A DNA stretch of 64,000 bases from Nageia nagi (Eukaryota; Plantae; Pinophyta): contig JBITNC010000001.1 of assembly GCA_050084985.1 (NCBI GenBank), positions 164,858,001 through 164,922,000 on the forward strand, in the 5' to 3' direction. Below the pieces are notes generated by a model. It worked only from the letters and a program-made list of their open reading frames with translations, made no database searches and was not told the origin of the DNA. Positions 25,486 to 40,085 of this stretch are shown in pieces (position 1 is the stretch's first letter; each line of letters starts with the position of its first letter). The translations under genes were made by a program, and so were the position numbers.

Positions 25486-28400
25486 GGGGTGTTTTGGAGG
25501 CTTCTTCAAAGATGTTAGATCAATCAAATCAAGTGCATAAGTTTTTTTTTTTCATTTAATGTTCATGCATTCTAGATCTAGGACTACTATGCTTATTTAG
25601 CTTTACTCATAGTTCTACCCTATGTTGTAATTAGTTATATTGCCTCTATATTACTATATCATTCTATATTGCTACTATCTATTTTTCGTTTGTAGATAAA
25701 ATAGTAATAATATATTTTATATTACAAATTGCTTTTACTGTATCTATAAATGATATGATGTAATTTTAATTTTATGATGTATATTTTATTGATGATTATA
25801 TGTCATTGAAGCTATTGTTGACACATATAATGTTACTTCGTTATCTATGTATATGGAATTTTATTTTCGATGTGTATACTTACATGATGGATGTGACGTT
25901 GAATTATATTTACATGAGTTAATCAGGATGATGATGTTTTATTTACATTGTACATGATATCAATAACATATTTTCATTTTGTTGATCATGATATTGGTTA
26001 GTTTAGCATATTTTTTCAAGCTAATGGTCAAAGGGTAATAAATGTAGGCTAAAATGATGTGATGTGATGTGATATGGATGTAGACATAGGAGTTGTATTT
26101 CAACTTAAAATATATAACCAATTGATTTATGAGGATAATTTTTAATTCATCAATCTTTCATATATTTGATTTGGACTAAGTGCACATGTAACATCATTAT
26201 CCTTCTTTCAAGAAATCAACATATCTTTTGACTTTTAAGATAGGATTCATATCATTTTTGAATCTTTCTTTTTGAGATTTTTCTCCCTTTCTCTCATTTG
26301 ACTTGAATGTAGATATTTATCCTATTAAATCTTTTTTTTTCAAGGTCCCATTCTTGTTAGATCAATTTCTTTTTTATCTTTGATATTTTTATTTTATTTT
26401 AATGCATCCTTTTCTATAGTTAGATATATAGTATGCCCCACATGGAGAAAGACTCTTCATACTTCTCTTTATTCAGATATAGAGTTTTTCTTGCATGGAG
26501 AAAATATGTTTAAGAGAAAAAAAAAAAGCCTTATAACTTTTTAACAATAAGTACTTAGTGCAATACTTTCTTCTATTAGATATAGAGTTTACCTTGCATG
26601 GAGAAAGTAATTTATTTTATAACATATCTTTCTAAATATGGTATGTAACCCGCATGGAGAAATGACGTGCATTTTGGCATCTTGAATATTTTATCATTTG
26701 AGATATTGGCCCTCTAGGATAGGATAATCAATACATATGAGACACTTAGCTTCGATCAAGATTGATGTTAGATATCAAAGTTTTGAATTGCAAAACTAAT
26801 TTCATAACCAAATATCATCCATTAAAATAAGACTCATTATGTCCACAAAAGAGGTTTCTATGATGGATAATGATATATTTATTAGGATGATGGAGGTAAT
26901 AGGTATGTCCCTATGATGGAGGTGGATAATGGATGTAACACCCTTGAACATTTCATAGAAATGCATATGTTTTGTAACCATCACCAATAAGAATGGAAAC
27001 AATGTCACATTTATCATGTTTTTTAAATTTTCAAAATCTTTTCTTAGCCAACTTTCTTAATTTGAAGTAGTCATTGATTTTTGAGATTTTGGCAATACAA
27101 TTATTCCTACAAGTGGAATTATGTTCTTTAATTATTGAGGATGATGATGAAGGTGAAATGTTGTTGATTCAGACATGTTATGTATTTTTTATAGATTTAT
27201 TCCATTATAACTTTTTACTAATGGATTTGTATTTTAAAATTTTGTTTAATATTTTTTTATTTGAATTGAGTGTGAAGTTTGATGATTTGACATGATTGTT
27301 AATTTTCGTGAGTTGATCACATTCCTATTTCATCCATGATGTTTGTGGAAAAAATTATGTTTGATATTTTTCCTTTTTTTTTAATTATTATTTACGTGTG
27401 AAATTTGATGATAAAATATTGTTTGAAATGTTAAATTCAAAATGGATTCAAATTTTAAGAATTTTGATTAAATGCTTGTAGATAAAGTTGTTGGTATATT
27501 TATTACTATGATTATTTTTTATTTACATGAATTTGATTACTTTTGATTTTGTCTTTAAATTTATTTGGATTGAACTTTTTACATGTAAAATCTATTGGTG
27601 AAATGTTGTTGGAATGTTTAGATTTAAAATTGATTTAGATTTTGATGATGTTAATAAGATGTTTTATTTTAGCAAGTTGAACCATATTTTTGATATATTC
27701 ATGAGTATGATGATGTTTTATTTTTATGAAGTTGATTGGATTCAATATTCTACAAACTTTACTTGATTAAGTTTTTTTTTTTCTATTTTGATCTTCTTTT
27801 AGAAAATTTTGTGATATTTTTAAAATGAAATGGTCATTGATTGTGATAAGATTATGTATTTCATTTGATCATGTTGCATTGTCACTATATACAAAATTAT
27901 GATGGAATTTATATTTAATTTTTTCTTAGTATTTTTTGTTTTAATTTTAAATTTTTTTTGAGTTTTTTTTTTTTTTAATGGTGAACTACCATGTTTAAAA
28001 CATGCAAATATGAATGAGATTGATTAGTTAGGGCTCCTTGAATCCATTGAGTGATAAGATAATAACCTTCAAAGCCAAATTTTTGCTTGATGATTATATG
28101 CTCTTTTGATGAATTTTTCTATAGATATAGATGTGCTTTAGAGCATTGATATGACCCTCATTAAGGAATTTTACTTGGGTGAGATGGTTCTGGTGGTAAA
28201 CATCATTATTTATAAACTCGTACAAGGAGATTTCAAGCTCGAAAATCACGATGACTCCATTTCCATAGACTAAAGAGTATGCAGTTTCCCATGTGGGAAT
28301 ATAAATATTGGTTTGGTAAGCCTAAAGCACTAGAGGTAATTGAAGATACCAATTTGAATTAGATTCATTTACAATCTTTTCGATAAATTTTATATGATTT

Positions 28401-29900
28401 CAATGTTATCTTCAACTTGGTCATTACCTTGGGGATAATAGGGAGTAGAAAAGTTATGTTGGATACCATTTTTCACACAAATGCTTCATGTTTTAGTTTT
28501 TTAAGGATGGACTATTATCATAGATGATTTTGTAATGAATACTAAACTTGCATATCATGTGATAGGAGCTAAATTAAAAAAAATTAGCTCCTATCATTTT
28601 TGCGAGAGATTATTTTGACTCAATTAGTAAAGTACCCAATACTAGTAATAATGAAGGTATGTTCATGGGATGAGTATGGATTAAGTTTACCAATGACATC
28701 AATATTCCATTGAGAAAAATGAACATATGGTGTGAATAGGTTGGAGGGCTTACGATGTTTAATAGATCAAGTTGGCAAATTATTGGTATTTGATACACCT
28801 TTTAACATAGTCATAATAACATCTTGCTATGGTGGGCTAATAATAACTCAACTTTAGAATATATTTCGTAATGATCATTCCATTGAAATGAACATTGTAG
28901 GTACCATAATGTAATGGAAAATTAGGTTATGTGTGATAACACCAAGTTTGTGTTAATCCATAATTTGGGAGGATTAAGGATTTACTAGTTTATCATATAT
29001 ACAATTACTATTAAAAAAATCTTTTGATAGGAAGGTTTATAAAGGGGGTTGTACATATAATGAGTTTTTTTCCATTAGAATTTGGTGAAGTTAGAGAGCC
29101 AAGTCAAGCCATGACGTTAGAAAAATAATTGAGTGAACAAGGAGAAGATATATTCTTATATTTATGAAATTATACCAGCAATTCATCAATGATTAGCTTA
29201 TACTGCTTGAGCAATTCATGTTTTCCCTATCTTGGTTGATGATTAAAAGGAAATCATCAATTATTTTGATCTTTTTGAAATAAAGGGAGATAGTAATATT
29301 GAGGCCTAGGATGAAAGCTTTTGTATTTAGTCATATTTTTAGTATAAGGGAAGTTAAGTTTAAAGGACATAATGATAGGAGCCCTTTATGGTATAAAGAC
29401 AACAACTCTAAGATTTATGGTGTAAGTACAAGGGAAGTTGATTTTAAAGGACATAATAATCAAAATGAAGGGTAATGTGAAAATCTTCTTTAGGATTAAT
29501 CTCTTCTTTTATTTTTTTAATGGTGAATATGGAATCACTATGAATCTTGATGGTAAGATGATGATCATCAAGGATTGGATCTTCTATGAGTTGGTCATAA
29601 ATTACATGACTTTTAATGGATTTTGTACTAATGAATTCAAGATTGAAATCTATGAGGAGTCTAATCCATTTTGATGTTCAACTATTATCGTATGCATGAT
29701 CCATCATGTATTTTATTGGGTCAACTTTGGTAATTGCATAGGACTTATGATTCAACATGTAGTATCAAAGATTCTTGTTGGATAAACCTATGGCCAACTA
29801 AATTTTTTTCATGTAAAATATTTTATCTTGTAGGTTAATAAGGTTCAAATGATATAGTAGATGGCTTATTTTTTATTTTCTTTATTCTTTTGATCCAACA
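25486..29900 (+). mobile_element. Highly decayed Tat-like gypsy remnant (LTR remainder, leader, protease and integrase traces)
   Basis: Protease-like ..VMLDTIFH.. near 28450 and integrase-like ..SKILVG*T(L)WPT.. near 29760. Strongly AT-shifted. Confidence 0.4.
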
Positions 29901-30239
29901 TACTGCCTAGGGCTAAGTCAGTGATATCTAGGAGGTGTTAAAACTATAGGGCAAGTAAGATATTTCTCAATGAACTCAAATTCTTCATAGCACCCCATGG
30001 TACATTCTAATTCAACCCTCTTTTTCAATAGATGATTAAAGTGATTACAATTATAAAAATGTTGCATGATAAAATGATAATTAGTTTGGATTTTACCTTG
30101 ATGGCTATACAAATTTTTTAATATTCCTAAGGTGAGGCATTTTAGTAAGGAGAAGGCTATCCTCTAGAAAAATTCATGTATATACATGAAAAGTATATCT
30201 ACAAGCAATCAAAGCGATGATGCGATGGTGATGGTAGAT

Positions 30240-30370
30240 ATATTTTGAGCATATATCAAGTTTATTCATATATTTTGGGCTTATATTTATTAAATGCACA
30301 TATTTTGGGCATATATCAATTGAATGCATAAATTTTGAACATATATCAATTGAATGCATGAATTTGAGAT
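30240..30370 (+). repeat. 30-bp tandem repeat, ~4 units
   Basis: Consensus ATATTTTGGGCATATATCAATTGAATGCAT. It explains the periodic ORF 30174-30359. Confidence 0.85.
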
Positions 30371-31299
30371 GTATGTTAGGTTAAAATCATGCAAAAACAT
30401 GGATCCAAAATTTTTCTAAGTGTTGATGCAAAAGACCTGGGCAAGATTCAAACACAAGTCACCATTTTTTGGGTGCAGTGTGTTAACCAATATACCATTG
30501 AGTTGAAAATAACATGTATCGAAAGTTTTAAATTTTGTATATTCTAAATAATATACCTTGGGTGTATATCCTCACTGACCAATATACCATGGGTATATAT
30601 AGATGAGCGGTGGAATGGTGGTAGATTGTACAATGAGTGGTGGTGGGGTTGTACTTATACTTTGGGTGTATATATGCAAATTTGGTTGGAGGATAGTATT
30701 CTCCTTTTAGTAATTACCTTACTTTTAAGGGTTGACTTATATACCTCGTTAAGACATGGTAAATTCAAGTAATCTGGCTAAAGCAACAATAAGAAGACTT
30801 TTGTTGGATTTAATCATATATTATGATCAAGTACATGTTTAAAGACTTTTTATGATAATCAAAATCGATATATTAATCACATATTTTTTATTTGGAAAGG
30901 AGTTCATCTATGTAATAATCTATTATATTATGCATATATTCATGAAGGATGTAGGTTATAACATTTTAGTATATCGATCCAACATTTTTTAATATAAATG
31001 ACATGACCTTGTAATAAAATATCCCATATGGGTGTGGTGAAATATGTTTTGTATTCATCTTCTAGGGAAATTTTGATTTAATTATACCTAGAGGAACTAT
31101 CCATAAGGGATAGAATTTCATGATCAATAAATGAATCAACAATAATATTGATGTTTGAGAGAGTAAAATAATTTATAGGATATGCTTGATTAATATATCT
31201 AATGTTGGTACATGTGTGAATTTTTACAATTTGTTTTACAACAGGTACCACACTTGATACCCACTCAAGATAAGCTATGAGTTGAATAAATACTACATC

Positions 31300-33580
31300 T
31301 TATTTATTTTTACAACAATGCCAATTTAATCATGAGTACGACTTTAGGTTGTATTTTTCTTAGATTTTAGTTCATCAACTTGGCATATTATTTTAGAATA
31401 ATGTTAAGAACATAAAGGGTTGGGTCTAACCCTAACATATCGATGTAGGAACAAGAAGAGATTTTGATATACTCTTTCAGGAGTAATATAATTTCTCACA
31501 ATCTTCAATGATGAAAACTTTTACAAGTTGGATAATGTGAGGTTCTCTAGGATTACTACCAATATCAACATTAATAACATCCTTGATAAGTTGGTGAGGG
31601 TTATAATTGAGTTGAGATAGAATGGGTGAAATATTTAATTCAATTTGATTGGTCTCATAATTGGTTTCTACACCAAAATAATCTTTAATAGCTAGGATAA
31701 AGGGATGACTATAATTATGATGAAGTTATGAGTTGACACTTGGTCCAAGGTAATGTCAAATTACTTTCTCTATTAGGAAGTAATCCATAGGGCCATTATT
31801 ATTATTAATATTGAATTCTATTCAAAGCTAATATGATTATTGTAACCTAGTATATGAACAATGGTAAAAAAATATTAGTAGAAATAAAGTTCAAATAGAG
31901 GGATTCTTCATGGAAAAACACTTAATAAATTATATTTTCTTAGAAAAAATCCTTATGGGGAGAGGAAGGGTTGGAAGAGATCCCTTTTTGAGGAGAGGAA
32001 GGATTGGATGATATCCCTTCATGATGATGAGGAAGAAGTAAAGGAAGTTAGAAGATATTATTTAATAGGAAAAGGAATAATTTATTATTAAGGTCTCTAT
32101 ATGGGAGAAGGAAGAAGAATAGGAACACATTTCTATGTGGTGAGACGAAGGGGTATAAGAAGAATTAGAGGAATGATTGGAGGCTATTCTTCAACTAGAA
32201 GAGAGAGAATAAGAGGAGATCCCTTGTTAAGAAGGGGAATAATAGGAAGATATTTTCACATTGTGAGAGGAGGGAGTATAGGGAGAATTAGGGGTTGTTA
32301 TTCTTTAGGAAGAGTAATAATTAATGATGAAGTTTCCTTATAGTTGGATGATGATTATTTCGATATTGTAACTTCCTTAATAAGGATAAATAATAATGTT
32401 TCTTGTATTATAAATCCCTCAACATGGATAATTGTGGGTCATGTGAATATTATATTGATTTAGAAAGTTTTTTATCAAAAGCATATATCAAAAACATAAT
32501 TGAGGATGCCCTTGATGTGTTTATGTAAACTATGCTCTTTTGATTCATGGTCATAGATAGGTCCCATGATGAGTGTAGTAAGGTTGATAATTTTATATTA
32601 TTCATTATATTCATCAAAATAAAATAATGTTAATAAATTTACCTTGATTTATCTAATGATTTGTTCTAGGGTGGACTTATGGGGTTTTAAGAAACTTTCT
32701 CTTACTTATTGAATACACATCCTTACCAACCACATTTTGAAAATCATTTTTTAACAAAGGTTTTGTTGGACATAAAATTAATATTTTATGAAATGGTTTC
32801 TTAGGTAAAGATTGCTTATGTACAATAGTTTAGGAAACTTCATTATGTTCCTCATATATAGGATGAAAATACCTTTAGTAGCTTGATATGGTATATCCTT
32901 TGGTCAACCAAGATCTTTTATAGAAGGGATTTAAGGTAGAGTGAGAACTAGGTCATGTAATATATGTTGATCAATATTTGTGGATGAGAAATTGATATTT
33001 ATAGGATCTTTATCATGAGGTATCAGTCATTGGGAAGGTTCCTCATTCTCTTTAGATCTAATTTGATTGTTTTTGTGAGGATAAATGGGATGAACCAAGA
33101 TAATTAGGAGTAACTACATAAGGTAATAGTTAGATTGATTGATTAATGTAAAATAATGAGTTTATTAAATGATGGAATGTGTAAAAATTTTATAAAATGG
33201 TTAATAGTTGATGGAGAGGGTTAATTTTGGTTACTTGTTAAAAGGGATGGAACTTCAAGTATAGGATCTTTCATATATGAATGGAAATTTCTTATACATG
33301 GTTAGGATTTATTAATGAGTGGAAAATGTGGTAATGATATAAAGTATGATGAATGAGATTGAGATTCCTCATATTGTTGGGCTTCCTATACTTGTATAAT
33401 AGATTGGAGATTATTTTGTATAATTTTAATGAAGGTTTGGATAGTTTGATTATTTACAATGGTATTTATAGGTTAGGGTTTAGGATTATATTCAAATGAT
33501 AGAAATTTGTTGAGTATAAGAAGAAGATGTATGAAAGAAATGATGGCATCATACAATGGCCCCACTAGATTATAATATTT
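31300..33580 (-). mobile_element. Decayed Tat/Ogre-like gypsy gag-pol fragment ending at the start of RT
   Basis: Minus strand 31300-31700 reads INVDIGSNPREPHIIQL...LLKEYIK..SYIDMLGLDPT...NLRKIQPKVVLMIK, the typical Tat pre-RT linker. A Pro/Ser-rich ~30-bp repeat lies at 31950-32330. Confidence 0.65.
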
Positions 33581-33749
33581 ATAAGGTTTTAGATCAACAA
33601 CAATACAATAATCAAGTCCTTCATACTCATATTTCACATATCAATTTAATGTTGAAAGAAAACTTATGTTATTTTTATTTATCGTCTCTATATTTTTATT
33701 TTTCACAAACACTAAATGTCTAAGGTATTAGTTCATAAATTGTATCTTG

Positions 33750-36100
33750 AATCCATAAACCATCGTCATTAAGTAAAGTTATATTATTTTGAAGTTGTTT
33801 AAATAGATTAATGTTGATGCAAAATCTGGTCGAAAGGAGCTACAAACCTACATTGGTTGAGTGTTTAATACAAATAAGGGATCCAATAGCATTTTCCACT
33901 CCTTAAATAACTTCTTTGCACTAGAATTCTATGGGAATATTTGGTATGAAAACCCAAATAGGAAGTACCTAAAAAGTTTATTTATTTAGTTTGAGCCTCT
34001 ATACCATTTTTTTATGTAGAGCCTATTTCTCCCAAAGTACTAGTCGCATTCTCCAATACCCATTATATATATTCTTCCACAAAAAAGTTAAACATGAGCA
34101 CATTGGAGAATGGATATTTATACTATACCTTTTATCATACAAGTAGTTTTAATCCATTTCTTGATATTTTTAAGAACAAGTCTAATACCCATGACTTTTC
34201 TAAATAAGGAAATATTTCTTAATGATTTAATCTTGGAAGTGAGTTTTTTAGAGACCAATATCCTTGACATCCTTTTTCAAACTCTATTTTTTGAATTTGT
34301 ACTGAATTTACCATAGTTAGTATTGATGTTTTTGTATCTCACATAAAACTAGCAATCAGAAGGGAACTCCCTTGATATAATCAAGGTCCATAATTTAGAC
34401 TTGCATGTACATGATATGTTCCACTCATCCTTATAAATATACTTTCAAGAATTTTCCCTAGTATCTCCCTTCACAATATACTTTAATCTTCAAATTCAAG
34501 TCCTTCAAAATGTGTACTCCCACATCAGTTGAAGGAAATTTAATTTTCTCAAATTGTAATGTTGTAATATTTTGTATTTATTTGAAATAAATCAACTTGC
34601 ATGTTATTCTCCATGATATGGAATATAACAATTTGCTTCAATGAGCTATTGTTAGAAACTTGAATTGAATTGCAACTCTCCATTGCCCTGACTCACTCAT
34701 CAACAACCCAATGACTAATGATTAAACATCTAAAATTTATGATGATAATAACTCATAACATATCGCAATGATCATTGTACCTATCATTAATATATTAATG
34801 ATTATGGAAGATTCACCTATGAATTTTATTGCTAGAGTGTCTAACACTAAATCATCAAGATAGTTCTGATTGTGTGATCGTAGTCTAACAATGCACATTG
34901 TTAGGGTATGTAGTACTTTCCTATAGCATCATTAATCCTCTTTTATGATATACTCACCATAGTGTAGCTTTGTATAACTCCTCCAACAACTCCATGGATA
35001 TTATCTAATATGCATCTTCTCATCTCATGGAGTTTTAGTGTCTATATATGGCTATCTCAACACAACCATGTTTGATCGTTGCTCACTTGTTGTGTAGCCT
35101 CTTTTTTTCACTTGCAAGATATTTATTGCCACTAATTTCTACTCACTCATAACTACTATTTGCCAATATGGCTCATCCAAAATCTCCTTCACCTATAATG
35201 TTGAAAGGGATGGATGCTTTCTCAATAACAACCTGTGATTTCCTTATGGAACCATGTATTATATCTTCTATCATTAATCCCTTGAGGTTTGCTCAAATGC
35301 AATCTAGTGAATACTCACAACTATATAGATGGAATCCTTTGTAGTTCATAGGATGAACTTTTGTAGCTCAAGTAGTAGAGAGATTTGTAGATAGTCTTGT
35401 GATTGGAAAATCCTTCATGGATTGTTAGGGATCCTTTGAGATTTATCCAACTAATGATTCTATTGATCTTTACAGTAGTAGTGTAAATCTTATCCATTCA
35501 ACCCACTAAATACCATAGTATTTTCCTCTCATGAATGGCAGTGTTGGGTGCCTTAATTGCTTTAAACCAACACATTGTTTGTATTTAAGATCACTTAGTT
35601 GATATTTATATTTTTTGAAGCATGTAGTCTATAATATTCCATTGAATAAGCCTGTAATATTTATTTAGATCAATAGAAGGAATATTTTATTCCATATTTG
35701 GCATTTCAACACTTTATTTGCAATTCAATTAAAGACTAAGTCTTCTTATCAAAATACTCACAAATATTCCTTAACTCTTATCTCTGATTGTCTTGGTGAA
35801 TTCATGAATTTATCTAGTTGGGAACACATCTACATATTAGCAATCTCTTTAGTTGGTGACTTGGTCTCTATATTCATTGGTTGCCACATTCCCTAGTTGG
35901 AATATCTCTAGGAATTTTAACGGCTCAATTAAAGGATATTTCTAATTATTGGAGCATCAATAGAATTCAACATCATCATTCTTTAAAGCCTCATTAGACT
36001 TCTCTATAGATTCAAAATATTCATATCAGTAGAGCTCATTAATCTCTTTATAACCCTTTGGTCATGGATTTGAAGGTTGGTATTAGAGTCTAGTAGCATC
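33750..36100 (-). mobile_element. Probable decayed LINE ORF2 remnant interrupted by an LTR
   Basis: Minus-strand traces ..WVLE...FRYF(L)G near 33960-34060 and endonuclease-like ..MLQKI.. near 35600. Very degenerate. Confidence 0.3.
34530..35506 (+). repeat. LTR copy 1 (3' terminus missing)
   Basis: Begins TGAAGGAAATTTAATTTTCTCAAATT and is colinear for ~1 kb with 36404-37380. Confidence 0.8.
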
Positions 36101-36403
36101 TAAGAGAGTTTGTCAGCACATGAAGGTTGATGAACTTGCATTTTCTTTCATGGTATCAAAGATTGTACCTATGTTTTCCATTCTTGGATACTAATGAACT
36201 TTATTCTACCATGGTATCAAATCTTTTTACCAATGTTCTCCATCCTTGGAGATTGATAAAGTTCAAAATCTTAACAAGGTATGAGACCCAACTCGATCCA
36301 AATGGGTTCAACGAACCTATATTTTAGTGATATGGTGAATATAGGGGGAGGATCTTCATCATTTTTGTACAAGGTATAAAACATCTTACATTAAGGGGGA
36401 AAA

Positions 36404-37380
36404 TGAAGGAAATTTAATTTTCTCAAATTATAATGTTACAATATTTTTTATTTATATGGAATAAATTAACCTATGCATCAACCTCCATGCTATGGTAGAT
36501 AATTTGACGCTTTAGAGACAAGTATCATCAACAACCCACATTTATCCTTCCCTCGCCAACTTGTAATTCTCCATCTCCTCGACTCACTCGTTTGTGACAT
36601 AACAACTAACGATCAAATGTATGACATTTATGATGATAATGACCATGCCTCAAAAACCATTAGCTTCCAAAAGATTCACTTGCAAATTTTATCACTAGAG
36701 TGTCTAACATTTAATCACCAAGATAATTTTGATCATGTGATCATAGTCTAATAGTGTACATCATCCAAGTCTATAGTACTTTCTTGAAGAACCATTACTC
36801 TTATATGATGGTGTACTTGATATAGTGTACCTCACCATAAATCTTCCAACAACTTCATGGAGCTTCTCCAAAATGCATCCACTCATCTTGAGGATTTGCA
36901 TTGTTTCTCTATCAATGATCTCAACACGATCATGGTTGATCACTACTCGCTTGTTGCATGATCTCTTATTGTTCACTTACAAGCTATTTGTTACCACCAA
37001 TTATTTCTCACTCATAATTATTATTCTCCAGTGTGGATTAACTAGATCCTCCTTCACCTATGGCATTGAGAAATGTGCATGCTTTCTTAGTACCAACCTA
37101 TGAGTGCCTCATGGAATCACTTTTCATCTCTTTTACCATCAAACCTTTGAGGTTTTCTCAAATTTAGTCTGATGAACACTTCTAGTTGCATAGATGGAAT
37201 TATTTGTAGTTCACAAGATGAGCTTTTTTAGGTTACATGGTAGAGAATTGGATATAATCTTGTGATTACCCAAGCCTTCGTGGATTTTTTAGGGATCCTT
37301 GAGATCTATCCAATTGATAAATTTTTTTTATAATTACAATAGTGGTGTGGAGCTTGTCCATTTAGTCCACTCCTTTTTCA
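36404..37380 (+). repeat. LTR copy 2, preceded by a PPT
   Basis: AAGGGGGAAAA (36393-36403), then TGAAGG...TTTTCA. A PBS-like TTCA-TGGTATCAAAG lies at 36151. Confidence 0.8.
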
Positions 37381-38139
37381 CCTACTTAAATATGCAACCC
37401 TACAAAATAATTGTTGTTGTTTTAAGGAGAAGATTCCAATTAATCATGTATCATAAATTATTTTTCTTCACGGGACCTCATGCTCTATGAAAATATATAA
37501 TGTAACCCATCGCATGGAGCCTCAACCTAAGTCTTATCGTGTGGTGTGCTCTACCAAGCTTATGTCATGAGGATTCTCCCCATCGACTCCTCTGTAAGCT
37601 TCCACTCATTGATAACCATTGTCCAATCATTCTTTGTTGTTGTTTTCCCTCTTTAATTTTCTCACAACATCTTATGTAGACTTGATGGCCCACATGGCCC
37701 ATACATCTATATCCTTACTTTTTTAAGTAATTGTGTAATTTAATTTACACAATCCATACATTTTCTAAAATGTATTTATTACTTAAAAGAGCTAATTTTT
37801 TCAAAGAAAAAGGAAGAGTTAAGTATTCTAAATTTAGTCTCTTTATTTATTTAGGTATCTCCATAAGTTAGATAACTAAAATTACCTCCTTTTAAATAAG
37901 AATAATTTCAGACTTTTGCATTATATATAATTAAGAAAAAAGGAGGGGAAAAGAGAAATAATATTATGATAGGTTCTCATAATATTATTATATCATTTTT
38001 TATTTTTTTATATTATTATTACGTATCTAGAATATTTTACTTAACAATTAAAATGAGAAATTATTTGTTTGAATTTAGTACATTTCTTTAAGAAAATATT
38101 AAATGTACTAGCCATTTGTTTATAAATAGCAAAAGTGGG

Positions 38140-39200
38140 TAAATAAAATTAAGCTTAACTCATTAGATGATGTTGAAAAACATAAAGTATCTTCATATTC
38201 CATTTCAATTGGATTCAATAAATATTATAGTGAATCTAACTTATATATTTCTAGGAAAAATGATACTATCACAATAATTATTATTTATGTAGATGATCTT
38301 TTAATTACAAAGAATGATAATACTATGATAGATATCTATAAAAGAAAATTGATGAATCAATTTGAAATGATTGATATGGGACTCTAGTATTTTTTAACTT
38401 GGGTTTACAAATATATCAACAATATAATAGAATCTTAATTTCTCAATATAAATATGTTTTTGAAATATTGAATAAATTTGATACGGTAGTGTGTAAGAAT
38501 GTTTCTACACCTATGATTTCTTATGAATTTGAAGTACATAAAGATTCCAAACTTGTTGATGAACCTAAGTGTAGGCAAATTATAGGTAGCTTTTTGTATT
38601 TGACTATATCTAGACTTGATATTGCATTTTATGTAAATGTAATGGATAGATATAAACAAAAGCCTTATGAATTTCATTTAAATGGTGTTAATAGGATTAT
38701 CAAATATTTAAAAGGTACATCTAACTTAGGTTTAGAATATACTTATAATCCTAAAGTAAGTTTATTTGACTATTGTGATAGTAATAATACTATGGACAAT
38801 GTAGATAGAAAATCTACAAGTGGACATTATTTTTCTACAATAGCCTTATCTACAACCGAAGCTAAATATAGATGTAATACTCTTACTTTCCAAGAGGCAG
38901 TACAACTTCAAATATTGTTGAATGAAATATTCTTTTAAAGTAGTAATCTTATTTCTCTATATTCTAATAATTAATCTTCTATATAATTGGCTAGAAATCC
39001 TATTTTATAGCAAAAAACTAAACATATTGAGATTCAAGCATATTTTATTAGGAAAAGGTGATGGATCGAACTATAAACCTTTATTATTGTAATACAAATG
39101 AAAATATTTCAGATATTTTCATAAAACCATTGAAGAATAATAGTTTTGTCATATTAGAAATAAATTAGGCTTTAAAGAATTTTCCCTCAAGGGGGAGTAA
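38140..39200 (+). pseudogene. Ty1/copia RT-RNase H remnant
   Basis: IIIYVDDLLIT; YLTISRLDIAF; DRKSTSG; ALSTTEAKYR; KTKHIEIQAYFIR. Ends at CCTCAAGGGGGAG. Confidence 0.9.
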
Positions 39201-39767
39201 GTATGATAAATCTTTGTGATGAAAATTTATTTAAGTCATTATTTATTTTCTTTGATTCATATTATCATCCATGTTAATAGATGGTTGATCAAACTTTATG
39301 AGTTCTTTATTCTTAAATATACCTTGAGGTAGTTTGATAAAGAGTAAAGTGAAATAAGTAGGTTGTTAGAGTAATTTGTGCTCTTTTATTACTCTTAGTT
39401 GGTTTGTTGGATATAGTTCAAGGAGAAGTATTGAAGATACTACTATCTCCTAATCTAATACATTTTTAGTTTAGGAATGATTAAAATATTCTTACTACTT
39501 AAGGATCCAACTATCATTGACTTTCTACAACATATTAGCATTGAATTATCCTTTATAAATCATTGCATGAAAATAAACTAGGCTTAAGTGAATTTTCTCT
39601 CAAGGGGAAGTAAAATCTTATTTGGTGGAAATTTCATCAAGTTTCTTTCTCGATTCATGTTACTTAGGTTTAGGATATATAGTACCTTAAATATATATAT
39701 AAATAAACATTTTAAGTTAAATAATATGACTTTTCAAATATAGATATTTATTTACAATTAATGAATG

Positions 39768-40085
39768 AGCAACTTTAATCATGAGGTATATACTAGTCTT
39801 ATTTGAGAAGATAATATATAGGAAAGTTACATTGATAACTTATATGATTTTGGTATGTATGATCAATAAATAAGCAACTTTGATCATAAGGTATATATGA
39901 GTCTTATTTGAAAAGATAGTATATAGAAGAGTTACATGGATAACTTATATGATTTTGGTATGTATGATAAATGATTAAGCAACTTTAATCATAAGGTATA
40001 TAATAGTCTTATTTGAAAAGATAGTACATAGATAAATTATATGATTTTTTATATATGATTAATATATGGGAAATTTTAATCATTA
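39768..40085 (+). repeat. ~105-bp tandem repeat, 3 units
   Basis: AGCAACTTTAATCATAAGGTATATA..AGTCTTATTTGAAAAGATAGTA.. starting near 39768, 39873 and 39978. Confidence 0.9.

Noticed and set aside
34530-37380. Single intact LTR element
   Set aside because: Flanks differ (TCAGT versus CCTAC), the first LTR lacks its CA end and adjacent PBS, and the intervening DNA looks partly LINE-like.
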